DNA from: an uncultured Spirochaetota bacterium
GTDB lineage: Bacteria > Spirochaetota > Spirochaetia > SZUA-6 > CAVTHK01
Assembly (NCBI GenBank): GCA_963734495.1
Contig: CAVTHK010000001.1
Span: 256,001 to 320,000 of the forward strand
Reading direction: 5' to 3'
DNA length: 64,000 bases
Shown here: positions 10,652-21,300 of the stretch, piece by piece
How positions within the stretch are numbered: position 1 is the stretch's first letter
Layout: each line of letters begins with the position of its first letter
Translations under genes and position numbers: made by a program
Notes under the pieces: generated by a model
Databases searched by the model: none
Seen by the model: only the letters and a program-made list of their open reading frames with translations
What the model was told of the DNA's origin: nothing

Positions 10652-11590
10652 TCAAGGCGCGGGCATCTTGAGCAGCCTCAAGGCGTTTCCGCCCGTGATC
10701 TTTTCGAAGACCTCACCGCTGATCTCGCGGGCGGCGAGCAGCTCCCGGAGGTACCGGAGGTGAGGCATCCTGCCCTGGGCATCTCCAAAGCAGACGTCGG
10801 TGCCGTACAGGACACGGTCCTGAAACTCCGTAAGGAAGCGGATGCCGAACTCCCTGTCCCGGCTGATGGCGTTGAAGCCGCTCAACGCGGACAGGTCAGC
10901 GTAGAGGTTGGGATAGGAGCGCAGGAGCCGCACGACGCTGCCCTCGTTCCGGATGGGACCCGTCGGATAGACGAATCTGTTGGCCGGCGTGATGTCGCCG
11001 CTGATCTCGGCCCAGAAGCCGGGGGCATGGCCGATCAGGACGGTGCCGGGGACCTGCACCAGGAGACGCTCGAGCCGCGGCGAGCCGACCTCGTCGTACA
11101 GGCCGTACACGCCCGGGCCCGGTCCGGTCTCGTGAAAGAGGACGGGCAGGCCCTTGTCTCCGCACTGGCGAAAGAGGTTCACCACCCGGGGGTCGTCGAG
11201 GGCGATGTTCGCGGTCACCTCCCCGATTCCCGCGCAGCCGAGCTCGATGAGCCGGTCCAGGATCCACCCAAAGTCCGTTTCCGGCGGGTGGACGACCTCG
11301 TCGGCCTCCAGGTTCCCCTTGCAGCCCATGCGCGGGTCCAGGCTCCCGAAAAGGATCAGCCGGTCGCTGCGACGCGCGGCGACCTTGAGCTGGCTCAGGA
11401 GGTCGGGATGCTCCGCGAACCAGAAGGGCCCGCTGGTGCTTTCCGGGCTCACGCCGAGAGGCAGCACAACGGCCTTGTCGATGCCTTCGTCGTCGAGCCT
11501 CCGGATTAGCCCCTCGACCGTGACAGGCGCCCGGTCCATCTGCAGCGGCGTTCGAAGGTCCCCGATATGCGTGTGGAAGTCGATGATCAT
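10652..11590 (-). CDS. Amidohydrolase_2 family metallohydrolase
   Basis: IIDFHTH, PVLFH, GHAPGFW, LYADLS, VLYGTD. Confidence 0.85.
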   Translation of the reverse strand: MIIDFHTHIGDLRTPLQMDRAPVTVEGLIRRLDDEGIDKAVVLPLGVSPESTSGPFWFAEHPDLLSQLKVAARRSDRLILFGSLDPRMGCKGNLEADEVVHPPETDFGWILDRLIELGCAGIGEVTANIALDDPRVVNLFRQCGDKGLPVLFHETGPGPGVYGLYDEVGSPRLERLLVQVPGTVLIGHAPGFWAEISGDITPANRFVYPTGPIRNEGSVVRLLRSYPNLYADLSALSGFNAISRDREFGIRFLTEFQDRVLYGTDVCFGDAQGRMPHLRYLRELLAAREISGEVFEKITGGNALRLLKMPAP

Positions 11591-11597
11591 CCGCGAT

Positions 11598-12613
11598 CTA
11601 CCTTCGCGCCCACTCGAGGATCACCCCGAGAAGACCGGGGTCCCAGCCCATCAGCGCGCGATAGGCTTCCTCGACCCTGTCCCACGGGTACCGATGTGAA
11701 ATCAGCTCGCCCACCCGGATTCTCCCCCGCGCCGTCATCTGCAGCGCGAGTGTCACGTCGTCACGCGCAGTCCAGAAGTGCGGCGAAGAATCCTGCCCGG
11801 GCCTCACGAAGTTGTGCGCGCCGATCACGGTCAGGCCTTTCCAGTGCACGTCCGTGTAGAAGTTGACCTTCTCCGTCTCGCCCCGCGTGCTTGCCAGCAG
11901 CACCACGCGAGCCTGCGGCCGCCGCCAGCCTGAAAGCCTCGGTCACCGCATCCGGCTGACCCGAGGCCTCGATCACCACCGACGGTCCCCGATCGCCCAC
12001 CGCCTGGGCCAGCGCGGTCGCAAAGGCGGGTGAGTGAGGATCCAGCGCCGCGTCGGCGCCGCACGCGCAACGCGACCTGCCTGCGGGTCTCGACCGGATC
12101 GGACCCGACGACCGGAAAGGCGCCGCTCAGCCTCGCGACCTGCAGCGCCAGCAGCCCGATGACTCCGAGGCCCATGACAAGAGCGGGCTCGCCGATCTCC
12201 AGTCGCGACTTGCGCACCCCCTGCAGCGCGATCGCGCAGAGGTTGAAGAAAACCGCGTGTTCGGACGGCAGCGCGGGCTCCGGGATCTTGACCACCTTGG
12301 CCGCCGGGACGACGCAGTGGCTCGCGTGCGGGGCCTCCGATGCGACCCTGTCGCCCGCCTTGAACCCCGCCGCCAGTGCGCCCGCCTCGATGACTCTGCC
12401 GACGTTGCTGTAGCCCGGGTATGCGGGAAAAGGCTGCTCCGCGTTCGGAAGGCCGAGCAGATACGCGCGCTCCGTTCCGGGGCTGATCAGGGTGCATTCG
12501 CTCTCGACGAGGACCTCCCGATCGCCGGGCCTCGGGACCTCGAAGTCCTCGATCACCACGACGCGCGTCCGAGGCCAGACTATCCGATGTCCTCTCGACG
12601 CTGTGCCCGCCAC
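11598..12613 (-). CDS. MDR-family (zinc-binding-type) alcohol/sugar dehydrogenase (frameshifts near 12060 and 11915)
   Basis: ISPGTE, PGYSNVG, GLGVIG, VIEASG; C-terminal part is ORF 11598-11906. Confidence 0.8.
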
Positions 12614-12654
12614 AAGGCCTACCTCGAACGCGCTCCCCGGAGCGACGCGATTCC

Positions 12655-12724
12655 ACGATAGCGCCGGCCGGGACCGATTTCAAGCGATGCGTCAACTTGA
12701 CAAAGCATCGGGGTAGGCTATCCT
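12655..12724. promoter_or_regulatory. Back-to-back sigma70-type promoters with palindromic operator
   Basis: Minus strand TTGAAA-17-TATCGT (12683-12655); plus strand TTGACA-16-TATCCT (12697-12724); dyad CGATGC-GTCAAcTTGAC-aaa-GCATCG at 12685-12710. Confidence 0.6.
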
Positions 12725-12783
12725 TGAGGGAGCCTCGTGTTGTCGTCCTTCATTCGTTCGTCCCATACCCAAGGAGGAAAGCG

Positions 12784-14099
12784 ATGATCCAAAGGCAACT
12801 GTCGTTGTTGATCGCGTTGGCGGTCCTGGCGGTGCTGGCCGCGCCCGTCGTCGCGACGCCGCAGGCGGAAAAAGCTGCCGGGCCGACCACGATCACGCTG
12901 TGGACCGGCTACTCGGAGCGGCTGCCCGTCTACAAGGCGGCCGCCGCCGACTACTCGAAGGAACACCCCAACGTGACCATCGAGATCGCCAACTTCGACC
13001 TGCGGCAGTCCGAGCAGAAGCTGCAGATCGCGCTGTCGTCGGGAACGGCGCCGGACCTTTCCGGCCTGGGCTTCCAGCTGATGCAGCGGCTGTCCTCGCA
13101 GGACTACCTGGACACGCTGCCGAGCAAGCACGTGAGCTGGCTCAAGGACAGCTACGAGCAGGCCTACCTCGACGCCGTGACCCGCGACGGAAAGATCTAC
13201 GGGATCCCCGAGGTGCAGGGGTTCCAGCTGCTCTTCTACAACCTCGATGACTACGACGCGGCCGGGCTCACGAAGCCTGCCGGCACCCTGGACGAGCTCA
13301 TGGCGAACGCGCGGAAGCTCACCAAGTACGACGCCAACGGAAAGGTGACCCACTCCGGCATCAGCCTCCGGCTTTCCGGGAGGCGGCAGCGGCGTCGCGG
13401 AGAAGTGGGACATCTTCCTGTTCGGCTACGGCGCGCGGGCCATGCAGCCTACCGGGGCGCAACACGTGGAAGGCCGGCTACAACAACGACGCCGGGTACA
13501 ACGCGATCAACTTCTACCTCGACGCCCTGTACAAGTCCAAGGTCGACAGCATCGACGTCAAGCACGACGAAGAGGCGTTCGTCGGCGGCATCACCTCGCA
13601 GTTCAACCGCGAGACCTACATCATCGGCAGCATGAGCAAGCGGGCGCCCAAGACGCGCTACGGCATCACGCAGGTCGCGGCCGGCCCGGGCGGAAGGGCC
13701 ACGAACCTCAACGTGGACACGTGGGTCGTGCCGGCAGTCGGGAAGAACAAGGAGATCGCCTGGGACGTCGCGCGGTATTTCGAGCAGGACAAGTACTGCG
13801 TGCAGATGATGAAGGACGTCGGCTGGATCGTGAGCAAGAAGGGCGTCGACTACTCGCCGGTCTACGCGCAGGAGCCCCACTTCCAGCAGGCTCTGAACCG
13901 CCCGCAGGGATTCCAGCTGATGCTTTCCCCGGCGGCAGTCTCCTGGGCCGAGGTGTACACAACTCTCGCGAGCGGCCTCGTGACCGCGTACGCCGACCCC
14001 TCGATGCTGGACAACAAGGCCAAGATCATGGGCTTCCTCGCGGACCAGGCCCAGAAGTCGGACAAGATCCTGCAGACCAACAAGGAATACGCGCCCTGA
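12784..14099 (+). CDS. Carbohydrate ABC substrate-binding protein (frameshifts near 13381 and 13460)
   Basis: Signal peptide; TITLWTG, GTAPDL, DGKIYGIP, LFYNLD; frames rejoin into ORF 13632-14099. Confidence 0.85.
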
Positions 14100-14110
14100 G
14101 CAGGGCGGCG

Positions 14111-14138
14111 GGGGGAAGGGCCCGACGGCCCTTCCCCC
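14111..14138 (+). terminator. Stem-loop after binding-protein gene (mRNA stabiliser or attenuator)
   Basis: GGGGGAAGGGCC-cgac-GGCCCTTCCCCC, 12-bp stem, no U-tract. Confidence 0.55.
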
Positions 14139-14148
14139 GAGTGTACCT

Positions 14149-15051
14149 GTGAAAAGCTCCCTTCGCAGGCTGGACAGCAGGCAGACGCGCTTCGCCCTCT
14201 CCATGCTCCTTCCGATCTTCGCGCTCTACGTCGTTCTCCGCATCTACCCGATTCTCCAGGCGTTCTACCTCAGCCTCACGGACTACAAGCTCGGCGTGAG
14301 AAAGCATGCGTTCGTCGGGCTGGCCAACTACGCGTCGCTCCTGCATGACCCCGATTTCCTGTTTTCCCTGTCGAACACGCTGCTCTTCGCGCTGCTGACG
14401 CTCGTGTTCACGCTGCTCATCTCCCTCGCAATCGCGTTGATCATGAGCCAGCGCCGGATCGCCGGCGTCGGGTTCCTCCAGACGCTGCTCTTCCTGCCCG
14501 TGGTCGTCTCCGTGGTGCCCAGCGCCATCATCTGGAAGTGGATCTACGAGCCGCAGTACGGGATCCTCAACTATGTGCTCTCCATCTTCGGCATCAGCCC
14601 GGTGGGCTGGCTGGTCAACCGGCACACCTCGCTCATTTCGGTCGTCATCTTCGTGGTCTGGAGATGGATCGGGTACTACATGATCATCTTCTGGGTCGGC
14701 CTGCGGGCGGTCCCCGACACCTACGTGGAAGCCGCCACGATCGACGGGGCGGGCACCTGGACCGTGATCCGGAGGATCCTCCTGCCTCTGCTGCAGCCGA
14801 TCGTGCTGCTCTCGACGGTGCTCGCCACGATCAACGGGTTCACGATCTTCTCCGAGGTCTACGTCATGACCACGGGGTCGCAGACCGCGCCGGGCAACGT
14901 CGTCTCCGTGCTCACGTACGACCTGTACCAGCGCGGCTTCTTCTTCTACAAGATCGGCGAAGCCAACGCGGAGGCCATCTACCTCTTCCTCATCCTCATC
15001 GGTTTCACCCTGGCCCAGTTCGCGATGAACCGGAAAAAAGAGCTCTATTGA
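14149..15051 (+). CDS. Carbohydrate ABC permease
   Basis: FVGLANY, YVEAATIDGA EAA loop. Confidence 0.92.
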   Translation: MKSSLRRLDSRQTRFALSMLLPIFALYVVLRIYPILQAFYLSLTDYKLGVRKHAFVGLANYASLLHDPDFLFSLSNTLLFALLTLVFTLLISLAIALIMSQRRIAGVGFLQTLLFLPVVVSVVPSAIIWKWIYEPQYGILNYVLSIFGISPVGWLVNRHTSLISVVIFVVWRWIGYYMIIFWVGLRAVPDTYVEAATIDGAGTWTVIRRILLPLLQPIVLLSTVLATINGFTIFSEVYVMTTGSQTAPGNVVSVLTYDLYQRGFFFYKIGEANAEAIYLFLILIGFTLAQFAMNRKKELY

Positions 15052-15071
15052 CGAGGGGACCGCTGACTGCC

Positions 15072-15891
15072 GTGAAACGAGCGCTGGCCGGACGTCGTCT
15101 TCAACATTCTCCTCTACGCCCTGGCTCTGGTCATGGTCTTCCCGTTCTTCTGGCTGCTCACGACCTCGCTCAAGCTTCCCGAGCACATCCTCGTCGTGCC
15201 CCCGCAGATCATTCCCAGGGTCGTGACGGGAACCAACTACGAAGGGGTGTTCAAGACGGTCGACGTGCTCCTCCTCTATTTCAACACGCTCCGCTTCGCC
15301 CTGGTCTCCACGTTCTTCATCGTCGCGACCTCGACTGTCGCGGGGTACGTCTTTGCCAAGTACCGGTTCCCTTTCAAGAACGTCCTCTTCGTCATCATGA
15401 TCTCCACGATGATGGTGCCCTTCCAGTCGTACATGATCCCGCTCTTCCTCCTGATGGTGCGGATCCACGCGGTCGACACCTACCTCGGGCTCCAGCTGCC
15501 CTACATCGTCCAGGCCCTGGGCACGTTCTTCATGCGGCAGAACTGCGAATCCTTTCCCGACGTCTACCTCGAGGCCGGGCGGATCGAGGGCGACTCCGAG
15601 CTCGGCCTCTTTCTCCGCGTGGCTCTTCCGAACTTCCAGTCCGCGATGGGGGGGCTCGCGATCTTCGTGTTCGCCAGCATCTGGGACAACCTCATCTGGC
15701 CCCTGATCATCACCTCTTCGACAAAGAACTTCGTCTGGCAGCTGGGACTGGCGAACTTCCAGCAGCGGTTCACGGTGGAGTACGGCCAGTTCACCGCCGC
15801 CGCGATGGTCGTCGTGGCGCCGGTCATCGTCTTCTTCGTCATCTTCAGGCGCAGGATCATGGCCGGCATCACCCTCACGGGAATCAAGTGA
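15072..15891 (+). CDS. Carbohydrate ABC permease (start uncertain; probable indel near 15075)
   Basis: AGYVFAKYRFP, YLEAGRIEG, WDNLIWPLI. Confidence 0.85.
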
Positions 15892-15905
15892 AGAAAGGCT
15901 CACGC

Positions 15906-16648
15906 ATGGACAAGGTGCGGGAATACATGGAGCGCGCCGTTGCGCTGCTTCAGAGAATCGTCGATGAGCAGCAGGGCAACCTGGACCGCGCGGCCGACGA
16001 GATCGTCAAGCGGCTCCAGAAGGGAAGGCTCGTCTACGTCATGGGCACCGGCGGGCATTCCAAGATGCTCGCGCTCGAGCTGTTTCACCGGGCCGGCGGG
16101 CTCGCCCAGATCTGTCCCATGTTCCCGCCGGGAGTGGGAGCGCCGGACAGCCACCCCAGCACGGAGAACGTCCCCGGTCTTTCCGCAAAGCTCTTCGACT
16201 ACTACCGGATCTCGGCCGGAGACGTGCTCATCATCGCGAATGCCTACGGGTTCAACGCGCTCACCATCGACTCCGCGGTCGAGTGCCGCAAGCGGGGGAT
16301 CCTGTGCATCGGCATCACGTCGGCCGAGCTGGCCCACGGCACCGAGGCCGGGATCCCGGCCAGGCACCCGAGCAGCCAGAACCTCTGCGACCTCGCGGAC
16401 ATCGTCATCGACTCGTACGTCCCGGCGGGAGACGCGATCGTCAGCCTCGACGGGCTCGAGCCGCCCGTCGCCGCGGTGTCGACGATCCCGATGACGTTCA
16501 TCGTGAATGCGCTCGTGATCAGGGTGGCGGAGAAGCAGCTCGAGGCCGGCATGCGCCCGAAGTCTGGTGGAGCGGCAACATGAAGGGCGGCGCGGAGAGG
16601 AACAAGCCGCTGGAAAACAAGTACTTCCCGCTGGTCAAGCACCTGTAG
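15906..16648 (+). CDS. SIS domain protein (frameshift near 16558)
   Basis: MGTGGHS, FHRAGGL, NAYGFNALTID, RHPSSQNL; C-terminus EVWWSGN...KYFPLVKHL lies in the next frame. Confidence 0.85.
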
Positions 16649-16660
16649 GGTGAGGCTGCC

Positions 16661-17293
16661 CTAGAACAGCGGCTTCTGCGCGCCGCGCAGGCGCTCTTCC
16701 ACCTGCGATACGATGGCTTCAAAGGCCTGCGGGTCGGCGACCACGTCGGCGTGGTCGGCGTCCACCACCATCACGGGAGCGAGGTCGAAGCCCCGCACCC
16801 ACTCTTCGTAGAGCACGTTCAGCTGCTCGAGGTACTCCGCCGGGATCCCCGATTCGAAGCCCCGGCCGCGCCGGGCGATCCTCGCCATCAGCACCGGGAC
16901 CGAAGCCCGCAGGTACACCACGAGGTCCGGCGGCGGGAGCAGCGTGATGACCGTCCTGTACAGCTCGTTGTACGTGGCCCAGTCCCGTTCGCTCATGCTG
17001 CCGCGCAGGTAGAGATTGCGGGCGAACACCTCGGCGTCCTCGTAAAGCGAGCGGTCCTGCACCACGGGCCACGGATCGTCCATCAGCAGCCGGTGGGAGC
17101 GCACGCGGTGGGTCAGGAAGAAGACCTGCGAATGGAACGCCCAGCCCGCCATGTCCCTGTAGAAGTCCGCGAGGTACGGGTTCTCCACGACCGGCTCGAA
17201 ATAGGGCCTCCACCCCAGCCGGTCGCACACCATGCGCACGAGCGTCGTCTTGCCCGCCCCGATGTTGCCCGCAAGAACGACGTAGCTCTTCAA
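16661..17293 (-). CDS. Deoxynucleoside kinase
   Basis: GNIGAGKTT P-loop, ENPYLADFY, QDRSLYED, RGRGFE lid; TTG start assumed. Confidence 0.9.
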   Translation of the reverse strand: MKSYVVLAGNIGAGKTTLVRMVCDRLGWRPYFEPVVENPYLADFYRDMAGWAFHSQVFFLTHRVRSHRLLMDDPWPVVQDRSLYEDAEVFARNLYLRGSMSERDWATYNELYRTVITLLPPPDLVVYLRASVPVLMARIARRGRGFESGIPAEYLEQLNVLYEEWVRGFDLAPVMVVDADHADVVADPQAFEAIVSQVEERLRGAQKPLF

Positions 17294-17383
17294 GACCCAA
17301 TGCCTCGCGCGTGCGAGGATAGCACACCGCGGCGCCTTGCGCGCGGCGGGCCCGGCGGCTACGCTGCGCGGCGGAGGCACCCC

Positions 17384-19275
17384 ATGGCCGTGCACCCGCG
17401 ACAGCTTTCGTTTCTGCCCCTGGGGGCGATCAGGCCCGAAGGCTGGCTCCGCCGCCAGCTCCAGATCCAGCGCGACGGGCTCTCGGGGCATCTCGACGAG
17501 TTCTGGCCCGACGTGGCGCGCTCGGGCTGGATCGGCGGCGACTCCGAAGGCTGGGAGCGCGGCCCCTACTGGCTCGACGGCGCCCTTCCCCTCGCGTACC
17601 TCCTCGACGACGCGGCGCTGAAAACCCGCGTGCGCCGCTGGGTTGGCGAGATCCTCGCGCGCCAGGCCGCCGACGGCTGGCTCGGACCGGAGCTCGACGC
17701 GAAGTACGGGTACAGGTACGACCCCTGGCCGGTATTCGTGACGCTCAAGGCCCTCACCCAGTACTACGAAATTGAAGGCGACCGCCGCGCGATCGACGCC
17801 ATCGGCCGCTTCTTCAGCCGCCTCGATGCCCTGCTCGACGCGGAGCCGCTGCGGAAGTGGGCGCAGTACCGGTGGGGCGAGTGCCTTCTCACCGTGCTCT
17901 GGCTGCACGAGAGGACCGGCGAGCCCCGGCTGCTCTCGCTCGCGCGCAAGCTCCACGACCAGGGCTACGACTGGCCGGCTCTCTTCGCCGACTACCCTTA
18001 CCTCACGAAGCGGGCGCGCGAGGAGTGCGTGCTCGCTTCGCACGTCGTGAACAACGCGATGGCGGTCAAGTACCCGGCCCTCTGGGCGCTGGTCAGCGGC
18101 GACGAGGCGGACAGGCGCACGTCCGCCCGCATGATCGACACTCTCGACCGGTGGCACGGGCAGGCGAGCGGGCTCTTTACCGGCGACGAGCACGTGGCCG
18201 GCCGCATGCCGAGCCAGGGCACGGAGCTCTGCGCCGTCGTCGAGTACATGTACTCGCTCGAGCACCTGGCTTCCATCACGGGCGACGTCGCGTACGCCGA
18301 CCGGCTGGAGCGGATCGCGTTCAACGCGCTGCCCGCCGCCTTCAAGCCCGACATGTGGGCCCACCAGTACGACCAGCAGGCCAACCAGGCGGTCTGCGCC
18401 GTGACGGAGGATCGCGTCTACACGAACAACAACGCCGACTCCAACATCTTCGGCCTGCAGCCCAACTTCGGCTGCTGCACCGCCAACATGCACCAGGGGT
18501 GGCCCAAGCTCGCATCCAGCCTCTGGATGCGTTCCCGCGACGGTCTGGCGGCGGTCGGCTACGCCCCGTGCGTCGTGCGCGCGGACGCACGCGGCGTGCC
18601 CGTGACGGTACGCGTCGACACGGCCTACCCGTTCGAGGAGACGGTGCGCATCTCGGTCGAGGCCGAGCGTCCGGCAGAGCTTCGCGCTCTCATTCCGCAT
18701 CCCGGGCTGGTGCGATCGCCCGCGCATCGCCGTGGGCGGCGCGGCGCAGCCGCCGCCCGCTCCCGGCTCGTTCGCGACCGTGCGCCGCCGCTGGCAGGGC
18801 CGGACCGAGGTCGACGCTGGAGCTCGGCAGCGACCCGGTGCTCGAGAGGCGCTTCCGCGACAGCGTGACCCTCGCGCGCGGCCCCCTGGTCTACAGCCTG
18901 CGCGTGAGCGAGCGATGGGAGCGCATCAACGCCGATGTCGCCGGCCGCGAGCTGCCGCACGGCGACTGGGAAGTGCGGCCGGACGGCGACTGGAGCTACG
19001 CGCTCGCCCTGCCGGCGGGTCGCCCGCTCGCAGGCATCCGCTTCGAGAGCCGCGGGATCGGCGAGCAGCCGTTCTCGCCCCAAGGCGCGCCCGTGGTCGC
19101 CCGCGCGGCCGGCCGCCGCGTCGCCGGCTGGAGGCTCGAGCACGGGGCGGCCGCGCCTCCGCCCTCGAGCCCGGTGCCGCCGGAGACCCTGGAGGGTGAG
19201 GAGACGGAGCTCGAGCTCATCCCATACGGGTGCACCAACCTTCGCATGACCGAGCTCCCGTGGTACTGGAAGTAG
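17384..19275 (+). CDS. GH127 family glycoside hydrolase (beta-L-arabinofuranosidase-like; frameshifts near 18690 and 18820)
   Basis: GWERGPYWLDG, GTELCAVVE, LERIAFNALP, NFGCCTANMHQGWPK, RGPLVY, LIPYG. Confidence 0.85.
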
Positions 19276-19284
19276 CAGCGGCCG

Positions 19285-19299
19285 CGCAGCGTCAGCGCG
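19285..19299 (+). repeat. 15-bp direct repeat, left copy
   Basis: CGCAGCGTCAGCGCG, identical to 19994-20008. Confidence 0.8.
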
Positions 19300-19302
19300 T
19301 AC

Positions 19303-19338
19303 TTGACGAGGGCCGGCTCCTGTGTCACATTGTGCACA
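19303..19338 (+). promoter_or_regulatory. Probable leaderless vapB promoter with tandem palindromic operators
   Basis: TTGACG-17-CACATT then 6 nt to ATG, no SD; TGTGTCACA and TGTGCACA dyads cover the -10 and start. Confidence 0.55.
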
Positions 19339-19580
19339 TGAAGCGCGTCAGCATCCGCGAGCTCCATCTACGCACGGGAGAGCTGGTGCGTCTGGTGGCC
19401 TCCGAGGGTCGCGTCGTCATCACCGACCGCGGACGCCCCGTGGCATCTCTGGTGCCCCACGATGACGGCGACGGCGGGACCCCATTCAGCGCCCGACGCC
19501 TTCTGCCGGAGTTCGCCGCCCTCCCGCCCGTGCGCGGCGACAGCTCTCGAGCGGTATCCAGGGACCGCGATCGGACGTGA
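19338..19580 (+). CDS. vapB: Phd/YefM-family antitoxin
   Basis: MKRVSIRELH...VVITDRGRPVASL; GTGA overlap with toxin. Confidence 0.85.
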   Translation: MKRVSIRELHLRTGELVRLVASEGRVVITDRGRPVASLVPHDDGDGGTPFSARRLLPEFAALPPVRGDSSRAVSRDRDRT

Positions 19581-20029
19581 CTTACTTCGATACCGGCTAT
19601 CTTGCCAAATGCTACCTGGACGAGCCCGCCTCGGCCGCGGTGAGGGACCTGTCCGCCGAGCGGGAGCGTATCGCGTGCTCGGTTTACGGCAGGATGGAGC
19701 TCCTCGCCGCGTTCCACCGCAAGCTCCGGGAGGAAAACCTGTCGAGGACGCAGCTCGAAATCGTGCTGCGTCAGCTCGACCTCGACGAGCAACAGGGCCT
19801 GTGGAGCTGGCTTCCGCTGACGGACGCGATCATGCAGGCAGTTGCATCGATCTTTCGAACGCTGCCGCCTTCGGTATTCCTGAGAACCGGAGATGCTATC
19901 CATCTCGCAACGGCACGGAGCCAGTCCCTGCCCGAGGTCTGGAGCGGTGATGCCCGGCTGATAGCGGCTGCGCCGCACTTCGGCCTGGTCGGCCGCAGCG
20001 TCAGCGCGCGCCAGCCGCGCGCCGGCTGA
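19577..20029 (+). CDS. vapC: PIN-domain toxin
   Basis: YFDTG, MEL, LRTGDAIHLATA, WSGD acidic PIN residues. Confidence 0.88.
   Translation: MTYFDTGYLAKCYLDEPASAAVRDLSAERERIACSVYGRMELLAAFHRKLREENLSRTQLEIVLRQLDLDEQQGLWSWLPLTDAIMQAVASIFRTLPPSVFLRTGDAIHLATARSQSLPEVWSGDARLIAAAPHFGLVGRSVSARQPRAG
19994..20008 (+). repeat. 15-bp direct repeat, right copy
   Basis: CGCAGCGTCAGCGCG inside the last codons of vapC. Confidence 0.8.
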
Positions 20030-20030
20030 A

Positions 20031-20066
20031 CCGCGCGCGGCCTTGCGCGCGTCGAGCCGCGCGCGG
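20031..20066. terminator. Inverted repeat between convergent genes
   Basis: CCGCGCGCGGC ... GCCGCGCGCGG, 11-bp arms. Confidence 0.45.
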
Positions 20067-20086
20067 ACCCGTGCCGGCGGACTCGC

Positions 20087-21142
20087 TCACTTTGCCGACA
20101 GCGCCTCCAGGGCGGCGAGGCTGGCCTTCTGGGAGGCTGCCTTCTTCTTGATGATGGCGATGAGCGACTCAGCCAATGCGATCTGGTTGGGAGCGTCGAA
20201 CTCGGGTACGCCGTAGTCCTTGCTGACGGACTGCTTCTTCCCGTAGCTCGCCTCGATCTTCGCCACCCACTCGGGCTTGAGGGCGCCGGCGCCCCTGAAT
20301 GCGCCGCTCAGCGCGCCGACCATCGTGCCGATGGTGTCGGAGTCGCGGCCGAAGTTCGCGCCGCAGACGATGGCCGTCGCGGGGTCGCCGGCCGCGAGGA
20401 GGAACAGCGCCAGCACGCACGGGACGGTCTCGCGCGAGTCGCTGATGATGTCGCCGAGGTTGCTCGTGTAGAACTGCTCGCGGAACTTCGCGTACCCGCC
20501 GGCGCTCCGCGCCAGCGCAAGAGTCCGCTCGATCCAGCCCAGCATCTCGCGCGAGCTCGTCTTGTGCAGGTAGGCGGTCGACGCGTTCAGCACGGAGTCG
20601 ACGGTCGAGGTCGGGCTCATGGCCTCGGCCACGGCAGCCGCGATCGCGCAGGCGCCGTCCCGGCAGAACGTCGAGTCCCCGGCGTGGATCAGGCCCGCGA
20701 CGTCGAAGGTCTCGATCGCGGCCTGGCGCGGGTTGCAGGCGTTGATGATCCCCATCGGGGAGATCGACATGGCGGAGCTGCTGCTGTGCATGTTGCCCAG
20801 CCCCGCGTACACGGGCAGGCTCAGCTTGCTCTCCACCTTGTGGAACATGTTCCTCACGGGGATGTAGAAGAGCCGGTAGTACTTCGCCTTGTTGCGGAGG
20901 AACGAGGCGGCGAACTCGTCCGCCGTGACGTGGCCTCCGTTTTCGAGGATCGCCTCGATCAGGATGAGCTTGATCGCGGAGTCGTCGGTGCCCGCACCCT
21001 CGAAGTCCTTGATCTCGCCGAAGAGCTTCGCGATCTCCTCGTAGCTCTTGCCCTCGGCCGGCGCTCCCATGGCGTCGCCGATCAGGCCGCCGACCAGGCA
21101 GCCGTACACTTTGTCGAAGAGCAGTCCCTTGTCCTTGGCCAC
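20087..21142 (-). CDS. ADP-ribosylglycohydrolase family protein
   Basis: GGLIGDAMGAP, GTDDS, NFGRDSDTIG; GGGAGG RBS before GTG. Confidence 0.88.
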   Translation of the reverse strand: MAKDKGLLFDKVYGCLVGGLIGDAMGAPAEGKSYEEIAKLFGEIKDFEGAGTDDSAIKLILIEAILENGGHVTADEFAASFLRNKAKYYRLFYIPVRNMFHKVESKLSLPVYAGLGNMHSSSSAMSISPMGIINACNPRQAAIETFDVAGLIHAGDSTFCRDGACAIAAAVAEAMSPTSTVDSVLNASTAYLHKTSSREMLGWIERTLALARSAGGYAKFREQFYTSNLGDIISDSRETVPCVLALFLLAAGDPATAIVCGANFGRDSDTIGTMVGALSGAFRGAGALKPEWVAKIEASYGKKQSVSKDYGVPEFDAPNQIALAESLIAIIKKKAASQKASLAALEALSAK

Positions 21143-21246
21143 AGGTCCAGCCTCCCCCGGGCGCCTCTCGCCCGGATGTTGATGGTCAAGGTGTTCGTAC
21201 CACTTGCCCGCCGACGTGTCCAGCCTCGCTGACCAGGCCTCTCGCG

Positions 21247-21275
21247 TTGACAAGCCGGGCGGGCGCGAGTAGCCT
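21247..21275 (+). promoter_or_regulatory. sigma70-type promoter of hypD
   Basis: TTGACA-17-TAGCCT. Confidence 0.65.
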
Positions 21276-21300
21276 TCGTTACCGCCGCCAGGAGAGAGCC

